DNA from: Laetmonice hystrix
Taxonomy: Eukaryota
Length of the DNA: 64,000 nt
Reading direction: 5' to 3'
Assembly (NCBI GenBank): GCA_965235115.1
Contig: OZ249436.1
Location: 2,544,001-2,608,000 of the forward strand
Shown: in pieces, positions 7,942 to 22,100 of the stretch
Position numbering within the stretch: position 1 is the first letter of the stretch
Layout: the number at the start of each line of letters is the position of its first letter
Position numbers and translations under genes: made by a program
The notes under the pieces: generated by a model
What the model was told of the DNA's origin: nothing
Seen by the model: only the letters and a program-made list of their open reading frames with translations
The model's database searches: none

Positions 7942-10900
7942 TACATTTTTGATGCGTCAAATTGAAACTAAGCCTCCCAAAATTATGATTCTTAGGCCAG
8001 ATGTACGACTGTCAAACGTATAGGTCTCGTACGTTCGCTACAGATATATGGTTGTGATGTGTACACTTCCCATTTGAGCATGTTCTCCAGATTTTAACAT
8101 TAGATGCTCCTCGCCTGTACCTTTCATTTCCACTACCTCACTGTAGTGTTTGCACCTTTCATTAGGCCAGCCGGTAAGATTTAACGATTTTCCACTCTAC
8201 TGGTTGGCCTTCCCCACTGCTTGGCCCCACAGCATACTGGTTGGCCTCACTGTAGGCCTACTCTTTGGCCTCACTGTAGTGTTCGCTTGGGTGCTAGGCC
8301 AGACAGTATACCTTGTAGCCATTCCTCCCTGTACTGTTTGGTCTTCCTCTACCGTTTGCTTGTATACAAGAGTAGCCAGTAGTATAGGGACGCCTCATGT
8401 TTCATGTTTCCATGCCTTTATTGTCCAGGACGAAGGCCATCCGTTTCGTCTATCATCTACTCCCATCTAATCTATGTCCCCCACAGACCATCTGTAAGCA
8501 TCCGACAACGTTGTCAGGTCGTCCCAATGACTGTTTGCCGTAAAGCTTTAGTTAACAATGGAAAATGACGTTGTACGCCTTTTCTATATCAGATATCCCA
8601 TCCCCAAGTAACAAACAAACAAAGGAAGGTTACTGAGATTTTGCAGGCAAGAAACACCAGGGTGCAGCACAACTGCACCGAAGCGGGGGGGGGGGGGTCT
8701 CCGACTGCACTGCTACCTTGCGGCTAGCGGTGGAATCACCACGTACTGGCAGGCACCTGCGGCTCTGAGGCGAGAGACAGGTTAAGGCAATGATAAGCGA
8801 AAAATGGCTACATTTTTGATGCGTCAAATTGAAACTAAGCGTCCCAAAATTATGATTTTTAGGCCAGATGTACGACTGTCAAACGTATTGGTCTCGTACG
8901 TTCGCTACAGGTATACGGTTGTGATGTGTACACTTCGCATTTGAGTATCTTCTCCAGATGTTAACATTAGATGCTCCTCGCCTGTACCTTTCATTTCCAC
9001 TACCTCACTGTAGTGTTTGCACCTTTCATTAGGCCAGCCGGTAAGATTTAACGATTTTCCACTCTACTGGTTGGCCTTCCCCACTGCTTGGCCCCACAGC
9101 ATACTGTTTGGCCTCACTGTAGGCCTACTCTTTGGCCTCACTGTAGTGTTCGCTTGGGTGCTAGGCCAGACGCTATACCTTGTAGCCATTCCTCCCTGTA
9201 CTGTTTGGTCTTCCTCTACCGTTTGCTTGTATACAAGGGTAGCCAGTAGTATAGGGACGCCTCATGTTTCATGTTTCCATGCCTTTATTGTCCAGGACGA
9301 AGGCCATCCGTTTCGTCTATCATCTACTCCCATCTAATCTATGTCCCCCACAGACCATCTGTAAGCATCCGACAACGTTGTCAGGTCGTCCCAATGACTG
9401 TTTGCCGTAAAGCTTTAGTTAACAATGGAAAATGACGTTGTACGCCTTTTCTATATCAGATATCCCATCCCCAAGTAACAAACAAACAAAGGAAGGTTAC
9501 CGAGATTTTGCAGGCAAGAAACACCAGGGTGCAGCACAACTGCACCGAAGCGGGGGGGGGGGGGTCTCCGACTGCACTGCTACCTTCCGGCTAGCGGTGG
9601 AATCACCACGTACTGGCAGGCACCTGCGGCTCTGAGGCGAGAGACAGGTTAAGGCAATGATAAGCGAAAAATGGCTACATTTTTGATGCGTCGAATTGAA
9701 ACTAAGCGTCCCAAAATTATGATTCTTAGGCCAGATGTACGACTGTCAAACGTATAGGTCTCGTACGTTCGCTACAGGTATACGGTTGTGATGTGTACAC
9801 TTCGCATTTGAGTATCTTCTCCAGATGTTAACATTAGATGCTCCTTGCCTGTACCTTTCATTTCCACTACCTCACTGTAGTGTTTGCACCTTTCATTAGG
9901 CCAGCCGGTAAGATTTAACGATTTTCCACTCTACTGGTTGGCCTTCCCCACTGCTTGGCCCCACAGCATACTGTTTGGCCTCACTGTAGGCCTACTCTTT
10001 GGCCTCACTGTAGTGTTCGCTTGGGTGCTAGGCCAGACGGTATACCTTGTAGCCATTCCTCCCTGTACTGTTTGGTCTTCCTCTACCGTTTGCTTGTATA
10101 CAAGGGTAGCCAGTAGTATAGGGACGCCTCATGTTTCATGTTTCCATGCCTTTATTGTCCAGGACGAAGGCCATCCGTTTCGTCTATCATCTACTCCCAT
10201 CTAATCTATGTCCCCCACAGACCATCTGTAAGCATCCGACAACGTTGTCAGGTCGTCCCAATGACTGTTTGCCGTAAAGCTTTAGTTAACAATGGAAAAT
10301 GACGTTGTACGCCTTTTCTATATCAGATATCCCATCCCCAAGTAACAAACAAACAAAGGAAGGTTACCGAGATTTTGCAGGCAAGAAACACCAGGGTGCA
10401 GCACAACTGCACCGAAGCGGGGGGGGGGGGTCTCCGACTGCACTGCTACCTTCCGGCTAGCGGTGGAATCACCACGTACTGGCAGGCACCTATGGCTCTG
10501 AGGCGAGAGACAGGTTAAGGCAATGCGAAAAATGCGAATAAGCGAAAAATGGCTACATTTTTGATGCGTCAAATTGAAACTAAGCCTCCCAAAATTATGA
10601 TTCTTAGGCCAGATGTACGACTGTCAAACGTATAGGTCTCGTACGTTCGCTACAGATATATGGTTGTGATGTGTACACTTCCCATTTGAGCATGTTCTCC
10701 AGATTTTAACATTAGATGCTCCTCGCCTGTACCTTTCATTTCCACTACCTCACTGTAGTGTTTGCACCTTTCATTAGGCCAGCCGGTAAGATTTAACGAT
10801 TTTCCACTCTACTGGTTGGCCTTCCCCACTGCTTGGCCCCACAGCATACTGTTTGGCCTCACTGTAGGCCTACTCTTTGGCCTCACTGTAGTGTTCGCTT

Positions 10901-13162
10901 GGGTGCTAGGCCAGACAGTATACCTTGTAGCCATTCCTCCCTGTACTGTTTGGTCTTCCTCTACCGTTTGCTTGTATACAAGAGTAGCCAGTAGTATAGG
11001 GACGCCTCATGTTTCATGTTTCCATCCCTTTATTGTCCAGGACGAAGGCCATCCGTTTCGTCTATCATCTACTCCCATCTAATCTATGTCCCCCACAGAC
11101 CATCTGTAAGCATCCGACAACGTTGTCAGGTCGTCCCAATGACTGTTTGCCGTAAAGCTTTAGTTAACAATGGAAAATGACGTTGTACGCCTTTTCTATA
11201 TCAGATATCCCATCCCCAAGTAACAAACAAACAAAGGAAGGTTACCGAGATTTTGCAGGCAAGAAACACCAGGGTGCAGCACAACTGCACCGAAGCGGGG
11301 GGGGGGGGGTCTCCGACTGCACTGCTACCTTGCGGCTAGCGGTGGAATCACCACGTACTGGCAGGCACCTGCGGCTCTGAGGCGAGAGACAGGTTAAGGC
11401 AATGATAAGCGAAAAATGGCTACATTTTTGATGCGTCAAATTGAAACTAAGCGTCCCAAAATTATGATTCTTAGGCCAGATGTACGACTGTCAAACGTAT
11501 AGGTCTCGTACGTTCGCTACAGGTATACGGTTGTGATGTGTACACTTCGCATTTGAGTATCTTCTCCAGATGTTAACATTAGATGCTCCTCGCCTGTACC
11601 TTTCATTTCCACTACCTCACTGTAGTGTTTGCACCTTTCATTAGGCCAGCCGGTAAGATTTAACGATTTTCCACTCTACTGGTTGGCCTTCCCCACTGCT
11701 TGGCCCCACAGCATACTGTTTGGCCTCACTGTAGGCCTACTCTTTGGCCTCACTGTAGTGTTCGCTTGGGTGCTAGGCCAGACGGTATACCTTGTAGCCA
11801 TTCCTCCCTGTACTGTTTGGTCTTCCTCTACCGTTTGCTTGTATACAAGGGTAGCCAGTAGTATAGGGACGCCTCATGTTTCATGTTTCCATGCCTTTAT
11901 TGTCCAGGACGAAGGCCATCCGTTTCGTCTATCATCTACTCCCATCTAATCTATGTCCCCCACAGACCATCTGTAAGCATCCGACAACGTTGTCAGGTCG
12001 TCCCAATGACTGTTTGCCGTAAAGCTTTAGTTAACAATGGAAAATGACGTTGTACGCCTTTTCTATATCAGATATCCCATCCCCAAGTAACAAACAAACA
12101 AAGGAAGGTTACCGAGATTTTGCAGGCAAGAAACACCAGGGTGCAGCACAACTGCACCGAAGCGGGGGGGGGGTCTCCGACTGCACTGCTACCTTCCGGC
12201 TAGCGGTGGAATCACCACGTACTGGCAGGCACCTATGGCTCTGAGGCGAGAGACAGGTTAAGGCAATGCGAAAAATGCGAATAAGCGAAAAATGGCTACA
12301 TTTTTGATGCGTCAAATTGAAACTAAGCCTCCCAAAATTATGATTCTTAGGCCAGATGTACGACTGTCAAACGTATAGGTCTCGTACGTTCGCTACAGAT
12401 ATATGGTTGTGATGTGTACACTTCCCATTTGAGCATGTTCTCCAGATTTTAACATTAGATGCTCCTCGCCTGTACCTTTCATTTCCACTACCTCACTGTA
12501 GTGTTTGCACCTTTCATTAGGCCAGCCGGTAAGATTTAACGATTTTCCACTCTACTGGTTGGCCTTCCCCACTGCTTGGCCCAACAGCATACTGTTTGGC
12601 CTCACTGTAGGCCTACTCTTTGGCCTCACTGTAGTGTTCGCTTGGGTGCTAGGCCAGACGGTATACCTTGTAGCCATTCCTCCCTGTACTGTTTGGTCTT
12701 CCTCTACCGTTTGCTTGTATACAAGGGTAGCCAGTAGTATAGGGACGCCTCATGTTTCATGTTTCCATGCCTTTATTGTCCAGGACGAAGGCCATCCGTT
12801 TCGTCTATCATCTACTCCCATCTAATCTATGTCCCCTGCAGACCATCTGTAAGCATCCGACAACGTTGTCAGGTCGTCCCAATGACTGTTTGCCGTAAAG
12901 CTTTAGTTAACAATGGAAAATGACGTTGTACGCCTTTTCTATATCAGATATCCCATCCCCAAGTAACAAACAAACAAAGGAAGGTTACCGAGATTTTGCA
13001 GGCAAGAAACACCAGGGTGCAGCACAACTGCACCGAAGCGGGGGGGGGGGGTCTCCGACTGCACTGCTACCTTCCGGCTAGCGGTGGAATCACCACGTAC
13101 TGGCAGGCACCTATGGCTCTGAGGCGAGAGACAGGTTAAGGCAATGATAAGCGAAAAATGGC
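7942..13162. repeat. Domain 2: run of six D/D+-type monomers (some recombinant)
   Basis: No B junction or C-type GCATGGGTAC here. All copies carry CAGGACGAAG and TATCATCTAC. Confidence 0.88.
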
Positions 13163-16100
13163 TACATTTTTGATGCGTCAAATTGAAACTAAGCCTCCCA
13201 AAATTATGATTCTTAGGCCAGATGTACGACTGTCAAACGTATAGGTCTCGTACGTTCGCTACAGATATATGGTTGTGATGTGTACACTTCCCATTTGAGC
13301 ATGTTCTCCAGATTTTAACATTAGATGCTCCTCGCCTGTACCTTTCATTTCCACTACCTCACTGTAGTGTTTGCACCTTTCATTAGGCCAGCCGGTAAGA
13401 TTTAACGATTTTCCACTCTACTGGTTGGCCTTCCCCACTGCTTGGCCCCACAGCATACTGTTTGGCCTCACTGTAGGCCTACTCTTTGGCCTCACTGTAG
13501 TGTTCGCTTGGGTGCTAGGCCAGACAGTATACCTTGTAGCCATTCCTCCCTGTACTGTTTGGTCTTCCTCTACCGTTTGCTTGTATACAAGAGTAGCCAG
13601 TAGTATAGGGACGCCTCATGTTTCATGTTTCCATGCCTTTATTGTCCAGGAGGAAGGCCATCCGTTTCGTCTATCAATTACTCCCATCTAATCTATGTCC
13701 CCTACAGACCATCTGTAAGCGTCCGACAATGTTGTCAGGTCGTCCCAATGACTGTTTGCCGTAAGGCTTTAGTTAACAATGGAAGATGACGTTGTACGCC
13801 TTTTCTATATCAGATATCCCATCCCCAAGTAACAAACAAACAAAGGAAGGTTACCGAGATTTTGCAGGCAAGAAACACCAGGGTGCAGCACAACTGCACT
13901 GAAGCGGGGGGGGGGGCACTCCGACTGCACTGCTACCTTCCGGCTAGCGGTGGAATCACCACGTACTGGCAGGCACCTGTGGCTCTGAGGCGAGAGACAG
14001 GTTAGGGCAATGATAAGCGAAAAATGGCTACATTTTTGATGCGTCAAATTGAAACTAAGCGTCCCAAAATTATGATTCTTAAGCCAGATGTACGACTGTC
14101 AAACATATAGGTCTCGTACGTTCGCTACAGCTATATGGTTCTGATGTGTACACTTCCCATTTGAGCATGTTCTCCAGATTTTAACATTAAATGCTCCTCG
14201 CCTGTACCTTTCATTTCCACTACCTCACTGTAGTGTTTGCACCTTTCATTAGGCCAGTCGGTAAGATTTAAGGATTTCTCACTCTACTGGTTGGCCTTCC
14301 CCACTGCTTGGCCCCACAGTGTACTGTTTGGCCTCACTGTAGGCCTACTCTTAGGCCTTACTGTAGTGTTTGCCGTAAAGCTTTAGTTAACAATGGAAAA
14401 TGACGTTGTACGCCTTTTCTATATCAGATATCCCATCCCCATGTAACAAACAAACAAAGGAAGGTTACCGAGATTTTGCAGGCAAGAAACACCAGGGTGC
14501 AGCACAACTGCACTGAAGGGGGGGGGGGGTCTCCGACTGCACTGCTACCTTCCGGCTAGCGGTGGAATCACCACGTACTGGCAGGCACCTGTGGCTCTGA
14601 GGCGAGAGACAGGTTAAGGCAATGATAAGCGAAAAATGGCTACATTTTTTATGCGTCAAATTGAAACTAAGCCCCCCAAAATTATTATTCTTAGGCCAGA
14701 TGTACGACTGTCAAACGTATAGGTCTCGTACGTTCGCTACAGATATATGGTTGTGATGTGTACACTTCGCATTTGAGTATCTTCTCCAGATGTTAACATT
14801 AGATGCTCCTCGCCTGTACCTTTCATTTCCACTACCTCACTGTAGTGTTTGCATGGGTACTAGGCCAGCCGGTAAGATTTAATGATTTCTCACTCTACTG
14901 GTTGGCCTTCCCCACTGCTTGGCCCCACAGTGTACTGTTTGGCCTCACTGTAGGCCTACTCTTTGGCCTCACTGTAGTGTTCGCTTGGGTGCTAGGCCAG
15001 ACAGTATACTTTGTAGCGATTCCTCCCTTACTGTTTGGTCTTCCTCTACCGTTTGCTTGTATACAAGAGTAGCCAGTAGTATAGGGACGCCTCATGTTTC
15101 ATGTTTCCATGCCTTTATTGTCCAGGAGGAAGGCCATCCGTTTCGTCTATCAATTACTCCCATCTAATCTATGTCCCCTCCCGACCATCTGTAGGCGTCC
15201 GACAACGTTGTCAGGTCGTCCCAATGACTGTTTGCCGTAAAGCTTTAGTTAACAATGGAAAATGACGTTGTACGCCTTTTCTATATCAGAAATCCCATCC
15301 CCAAGTAACAAACAAACAAAGGAAGGTTACCGAGATTTTGCCGGCAAGAAACACCAGGGTGCAGCACAACTGCACTGAAGCGGAGGGGGGGGGGGGGTCC
15401 CCGACTGCACTGCTACCTTGCGGCTAGCGGTGGAATCACCACGTACTGGCAGGCACCTGCGGCTCTGAGGCGAGAGACAGGTTAAGGCAATGATAAGCGA
15501 AAAATGGCTACATTTTTGATGCGTCAAATTGAAACTAAGCGTCCCAAAATTATGATTCTTAGGCCAGATGTACGACTGTCAAACGTATAGGTCTCGTACG
15601 TTCGCTACAGGTATACGGTTGTGATGTGTACACTTCGCATTTGAGTATCTTCTCCAGATGTTAACATTAGATGCTCCTCGCCTGTACCTTTCATTTCCAC
15701 TACCTCACTGTAGTGTTTGCACCTTTCATTAGGCCAGCCGGTAAGATTTAACGATTTTCCACTCTACTGGTTGGCCTTCCCCACTGCTTGGCCCCACAGC
15801 ATACTGTTTGGCCTCACTGTAGGCCTACTCTTTGGCCTCACTGTAGTGTTCGCTTGGGTGCTAGGCCAGACGGTATACCTTGTAGCCATTCCTCCCTGTA
15901 CTGTTTGGTCTTCCTCTACCGTTTGCTTGTATACAAGGGTAGCCAGTAGTATAGGGACGCCTCATGTTTCATGTTTCCATGCCTTTATTGTCCAGGACGA
16001 AGGCCATCCGTTTCGTCTATCATCTACTCCCATCTAATCTATGTCCCCTGCAGACCATCTGTAAGCATCCGACAACGTTGTCAGGTCGTCCCAATGACTG

Positions 16101-19100
16101 TTTGCCGTAAAGCTTTAGTTAACAATGGAAAATGACGTTGTACGCCTTTTCTATATCAGATATCCCATCCCCAAGTAACAAACAAACAAAGGAAGGTTAC
16201 CGAGATTTTGCAGGCAAGAAACACCAGGGTGCAGCACAACTGCACCGAAGCGGGGGGGGGGGTCTCCGACTGCACTGCTACCTTCCGGCTAGCGGTGGAA
16301 TCACCACGTACTGGCAGGCACCTATGGCTCTGAGGCGAGAGACAGGTTAAGGCAATGATAAGCGAAAAATGGCTACATTTTTGATGCGTCAAATTGAAAC
16401 TAAGCCTCCCAAAATTATGATTCTTAGGCCAGATGTACGACTGTCAAACGTATAGGTCTCGTACGTTCGCTACAGATATATGGTTGTGATGTGTACACTT
16501 CCCATTTGAGCATGTTCTCCAGATTTTAACATTAGATGCTCCTCGCCTGTACCTTTCATTTCCACTACCTCACTGTAGTGTTTGCACCTTTCATTAGGCC
16601 AGCCGGTAAGATTTAACGATTTTCCACTCTACTGGTTGGCCTTCCCCACTGCTTGGCCCCACAGCATACTGTTTGGCCTCACTGTAGGCCTACTCTTTGG
16701 CCTCACTGTAGTGTTCGCTTGGGTGCTAGGCCAGACAGTATACCTTGTAGCCATTCCTCCCTGTACTGTTTGGTCTTCCTCTACCGTTTGCTTGTATACA
16801 AGAGTAGCCAGTAGTATAGGGACGCCTCATGTTTCATGTTTCCATGCCTTTATTGTCCAGGAGGAAGGCCATCCGTTTCGTCTATCAATTACTCCCATCT
16901 AATCTATGTCCCCTACAGACCATCTGTAAGCGTCCGACAATGTTGTCAGGTCGTCCCAATGACTGTTTGCCGTAAGGCTTTAGTTAACAATGGAAGATGA
17001 CGTTGTACGCCTTTTCTATATCAGATATCCCATCCCCAAGTAACAAACAAACAAAGGAAGGTTACCGAGATTTTGCAGGCAAGAAACACCAGGGTGCAGC
17101 ACAACTGCACTGAAGCGGGGGGGGGGGCACTCCGACTGCACTGCTACCTTCCGGCTAGCGGTGGAATCACCACGTACTGGCAGGCACCTGTGGCTCTGAG
17201 GCGAGAGACAGGTTAGGGCAATGATAAGCGAAAAATGGCTACATTTTTGATGCGTCAAATTGAAACTAAGCGTCCCAAAATTATGATTCTTAAGCCAGAT
17301 GTACGACTGTCAAACATATAGGTCTCGTACGTTCGCTACAGCTATATGGTTCTGATGTGTACACTTCCCATTTGAGCATGTTCTCCAGATTTTAACATTA
17401 AATGCTCCTCGCCTGTACCTTTCATTTCCACTACCTCACTGTAGTGTTTGCACCTTTCATTAGGCCAGTCGGTAAGATTTAAGGATTTCTCACTCTACTG
17501 GTTGGCCTTCCCCACTGCTTGGCCCCACAGTGTACTGTTTGGCCTCACTGTAGGCCTACTCTTAGGCCTTACTGTAGTGTTTGCCGTAAAGCTTTAGTTA
17601 ACAATGGAAAATGACGTTGTACGCCTTTTCTATATCAGATATCCCATCCCCATGTAACAAACAAACAAAGGAAGGTTACCGAGATTTTGCAGGCAAGAAA
17701 CACCAGGGTGCAGCACAACTGCACTGAAGGGGGGGGGGGTCTCCGACTGCACTGCTACCTTCCGGCTAGCGGTGGAATCACCACGTACTGGCAGGCACCT
17801 GTGGCTCTGAGGCGAGAGACAGGTTAAGGCAATGATAAGCGAAAAATGGCTACATTTTTTATGCGTCAAATTGAAACTAAGCCCCCCAAAATTATTATTC
17901 TTAGGCCAGATGTACGACTGTCAAACGTATAGGTCTCGTACGTTCGCTACAGATATATGGTTGTGATGTGTACACTTCGCATTTGAGTATCTTCTCCAGA
18001 TGTTAACATTAGATGCTCCTCGCCTGTACCTTTCATTTCCACTACCTCACTGTAGTGTTTGCATGGGTACTAGGCCAGCCGGTAAGATTTAATGATTTCT
18101 CACTCTACTGGTTGGCCTTCCCCACTGCTTGGCCCCACAGTGTACTGTTTGGCCTCACTGTAGGCCTACTCTTTGGCCTCACTGTAGTGTTCGCTTGGGT
18201 GCTAGGCCAGACAGTATACTTTGTAGCGATTCCTCCCTTACTGTTTGGTCTTCCTCTACCGTTTGCTTGTATACAAGAGTAGCCAGTAGTATAGGGACGC
18301 CTCATGTTTCATGTTTCCATGCCTTTATTGTCCAGGAGGAAGGCCATCCGTTTCGTCTATCAATTACTCCCATCTAATCTATGTCCCCTCCCGACCATCT
18401 GTAGGCGTCCGACAACGTTGTCAGGTCGTCCCAATGACTGTTTGCCGTAAAGCTTTAGTTAACAATGGAAAATGACGTTGTACGCCTTTTCTATATCAGA
18501 AATCCCATCCCCAAGTAACAAACAAACAAAGGAAGGTTACCGAGATTTTGCCGGCAAGAAACACCAGGGTGCAGCACAACTGCACTGAAGCGGAGGGGGG
18601 GGGGGGGGTCCCCGACTGCACTGCTACCTTGCGGCTAGCGGTGGAATCACCACGTACTGGCAGGCACCTGCGGCTCTGAGGCGAGAGACAGGTTAAGGCA
18701 ATGATAAGCGAAAAATGGCTACATTTTTGATGCGTCAAATTGAAACTAAGCGTCCCAAAATTATGATTCTTAGGCCAGATGTACGACTGTCAAACGTATA
18801 GGTCTCGTACGTTCGCTACAGGTATACGGTTGTGATGTGTACACTTCGCATTTGAGTATCTTCTCCAGATGTTAACATTAGATGCTCCTCGCCTGTACCT
18901 TTCATTTCCACTACCTCACTGTAGTGTTTGCACCTTTCATTAGGCCAGCCGGTAAGATTTAACGATTTTCCACTCTACTGGTTGGCCTTCCCCACTGCTT
19001 GGCCCCACAGCATACTGTTTGGCCTCACTGTAGGCCTACTCTTTGGCCTCACTGTAGTGTTCGCTTGGGTGCTAGGCCAGACGGTATACCTTGTAGCCAT

Positions 19101-22100
19101 TCCTCCCTGTACTGTTTGGTCTTCCTCTACCGTTTGCTTGTATACAAGGGTAGCCAGTAGTATAGGGACGCCTCATGTTTCATGTTTCCATGCCTTTATT
19201 GTCCAGGACGAAGGCCATCCGTTTCGTCTATCATCTACTCCCATCTAATCTATGTCCCCCACAGACCATCTGTAAGCATCCGACAACGTTGTCAGGTCGT
19301 CCCAATGACTGTTTGCCGTAAAGCTTTAGTTAACAATGGAAAATGACGTTGTACGCCTTTTCTATATCAGATATCCCATCCCCAAGTAACAAACAAACAA
19401 AGGAAGGTTACCGAGATTTTGCAGGCAAGAAACACCAGGGTGCAGCACAACTGCACCGAAGCGGGGGGGGGGGGTCTCCGACTGCACTGCTACCTTCCGG
19501 CTAGCGGTGGAATCACCACGTACTGGCAGGCACCTATGGCTCTGAGGCGAGAGACAGGTTAAGGCAATGCGAAAAATGCGAATAAGCGAAAAATGGCTAC
19601 ATTTTTGATGCGTCAAATTGAAACTAACCCTCCCAAAATTATGATTCTTAGGCCAGATGTACGACTGTCAAACGTATAGGTCTCGTACGTTCGCTACAGA
19701 TATATGGTTGTGATGTGTACACTTCCCATTTGAGCATGTTCTCCAGATTTTAACATTAGATGCTCCTCGCCTGTACCTTTCATTTCCACTACCTCACTGT
19801 AGTGTTTGCACCTTTCATTAGGCCAGCCGGTAAGATTTAACGATTTTCCACTCTACTGGTTGGCCTTCCCCACTGCTTGGCCCCACAGCATACTGTTTGG
19901 CCTCACTGTAGGCCTATTCTTTGGCCTCACTGTAGTGTTCGCTTGGGTGCTAGGCCAGACGGTATACCTTGTAGCCATTCCTCCCTGTACTGTTTGGTCT
20001 TCCTCTACCGTTTGCTTGTATACAAGGGTAGCCAGTAGTATAGGGACGCCTCATGTTTCATGTTTCCATGCCTTTATTGTCCAGGACGAAGGCCATCCGT
20101 TTCGTCTATCATCTACTCCCATCTAATCTATGTCCCCCACAGACCATCTGTAAGCATCCGACAACGTTGTCAGGTCGTCCCAATGACTGTTTGCCGTAAA
20201 GCTTTAGTTAACAATGGAAAATGACGTTGTACGCCTTTTCTATATCAGATATCCCATCCCCAAGTAACAAACAAACAAAGGAAGGTTACCGAGATTTTGC
20301 AGGCAAGAAACACCAGGGTGCAGCACAACTGCACCGAAGCGGGGGGGGGGGTCTCCGACTGCACTGCTACCTTCCGGCTAGCGGTGGAATCACCACGTAC
20401 TGGCAGGCACCTATGGCTCTGAGGCGAGAGACAGGTTAAGGCAATGATAAGCGAAAAATGGCTACATTTTTGATGCGTCAAATTGAAACTAAGCCTCCCA
20501 AAATTATGATTCTTAGGCCAGATGTACGACTGTCAAACGTATAGGTCTCGTACGTTCGCTACAGATATATGGTTGTGATGTGTACACTTCCCATTTGAGC
20601 ATGTTCTCCAGATTTTAACATTAGATGCTCCTCGCCTGTACCTTTCATTTCCACTACCTCACTGTAGTGTTTGCACCTTTCATTAGGCCAGCCGGTAAGA
20701 TTTAACGATTTTCCACTCTACTGGTTGGCCTTCCCCACTGCTTGGCCCCACAGCATACTGTTTGGCCTCACTGTAGGCCTACTCTTTGGCCTCACTGTAG
20801 TGTTCGCTTGGGTGCTAGGCCAGACAGTATACCTTGTAGCCATTCCTCCCTGTACTGTTTGGTCTTCCTCTACCGTTTGCTTGTATACAAGAGTAGCCAG
20901 TAGTATAGGGACGCCTCATGTTTCATGTTTCCATGCCTTTATTGTCCAGGAGGAAGGCCATCCGTTTCGTCTATCAATTACTCCCATCTAATCTATGTCC
21001 CCTACAGACCATCTGTAAGCGTCCGACAATGTTGTCAGGTCGTCCCAATGACTGTTTGCCGTAAGGCTTTAGTTAACAATGGAAGATGACGTTGTACGCC
21101 TTTTCTATATCAGATATCCCATCCCCAAGTAACAAACAAACAAAGGAAGGTTACCGAGATTTTGCAGGCAAGAAACACCAGGGTGCAGCACAACTGCACT
21201 GAAGCGGGGGGGGGGGGCACTCCGACTGCACTGCTACCTTCCGGCTAGCGGTGGAATCACCACGTACTGGCAGGCACCTGTGGCTCTGAGGCGAGAGACA
21301 GGTTAGGGCAATGATAAGCGAAAAATGGCTACATTTTTGATGCGTCAAATTGAAACTAAGCGTCCCAAAATTATGATTCTTAAGCCAGATGTACGACTGT
21401 CAAACATATAGGTCTCGTACGTTCGCTACAGCTATATGGTTCTGATGTGTACACTTCCCATTTGAGCATGTTCTCCAGATTTTAACATTAAATGCTCCTC
21501 GCCTGTACCTTTCATTTCCACTACCTCACTGTAGTGTTTGCACCTTTCATTAGGCCAGTCGGTAAGATTTAAGGATTTCTCACTCTACTGGTTGGCCTTC
21601 CCCACTGCTTGGCCCCACAGTGTACTGTTTGGCCTCACTGTAGGCCTACTCTTAGGCCTTACTGTAGTGTTTGCCGTAAAGCTTTAGTTAACAATGGAAA
21701 ATGACGTTGTACGCCTTTTCTATATCAGATATCCCATCCCCATGTAACAAACAAACAAAGGAAGGTTACCGAGATTTTGCAGGCAAGAAACACCAGGGTG
21801 CAGCACAACTGCACTGAAGGGGGGGGGGGTCTCCGACTGCACTGCTACCTTCCGGCTAGCGGTGGAATCACCACGTACTGGCAGGCACCTGTGGCTCTGA
21901 GGCGAGAGACAGGTTAAGGCAATGATAAGCGAAAAATGGCTACATTTTTTATGCGTCAAATTGAAACTAAGCCCCCCAAAATTATTATTCTTAGGCCAGA
22001 TGTACGACTGTCAAACGTATAGGTCTCGTACGTTCGCTACAGATATATGGTTGTGATGTGTACACTTCGCATTTGAGTATCTTCTCCAGATGTTAACATT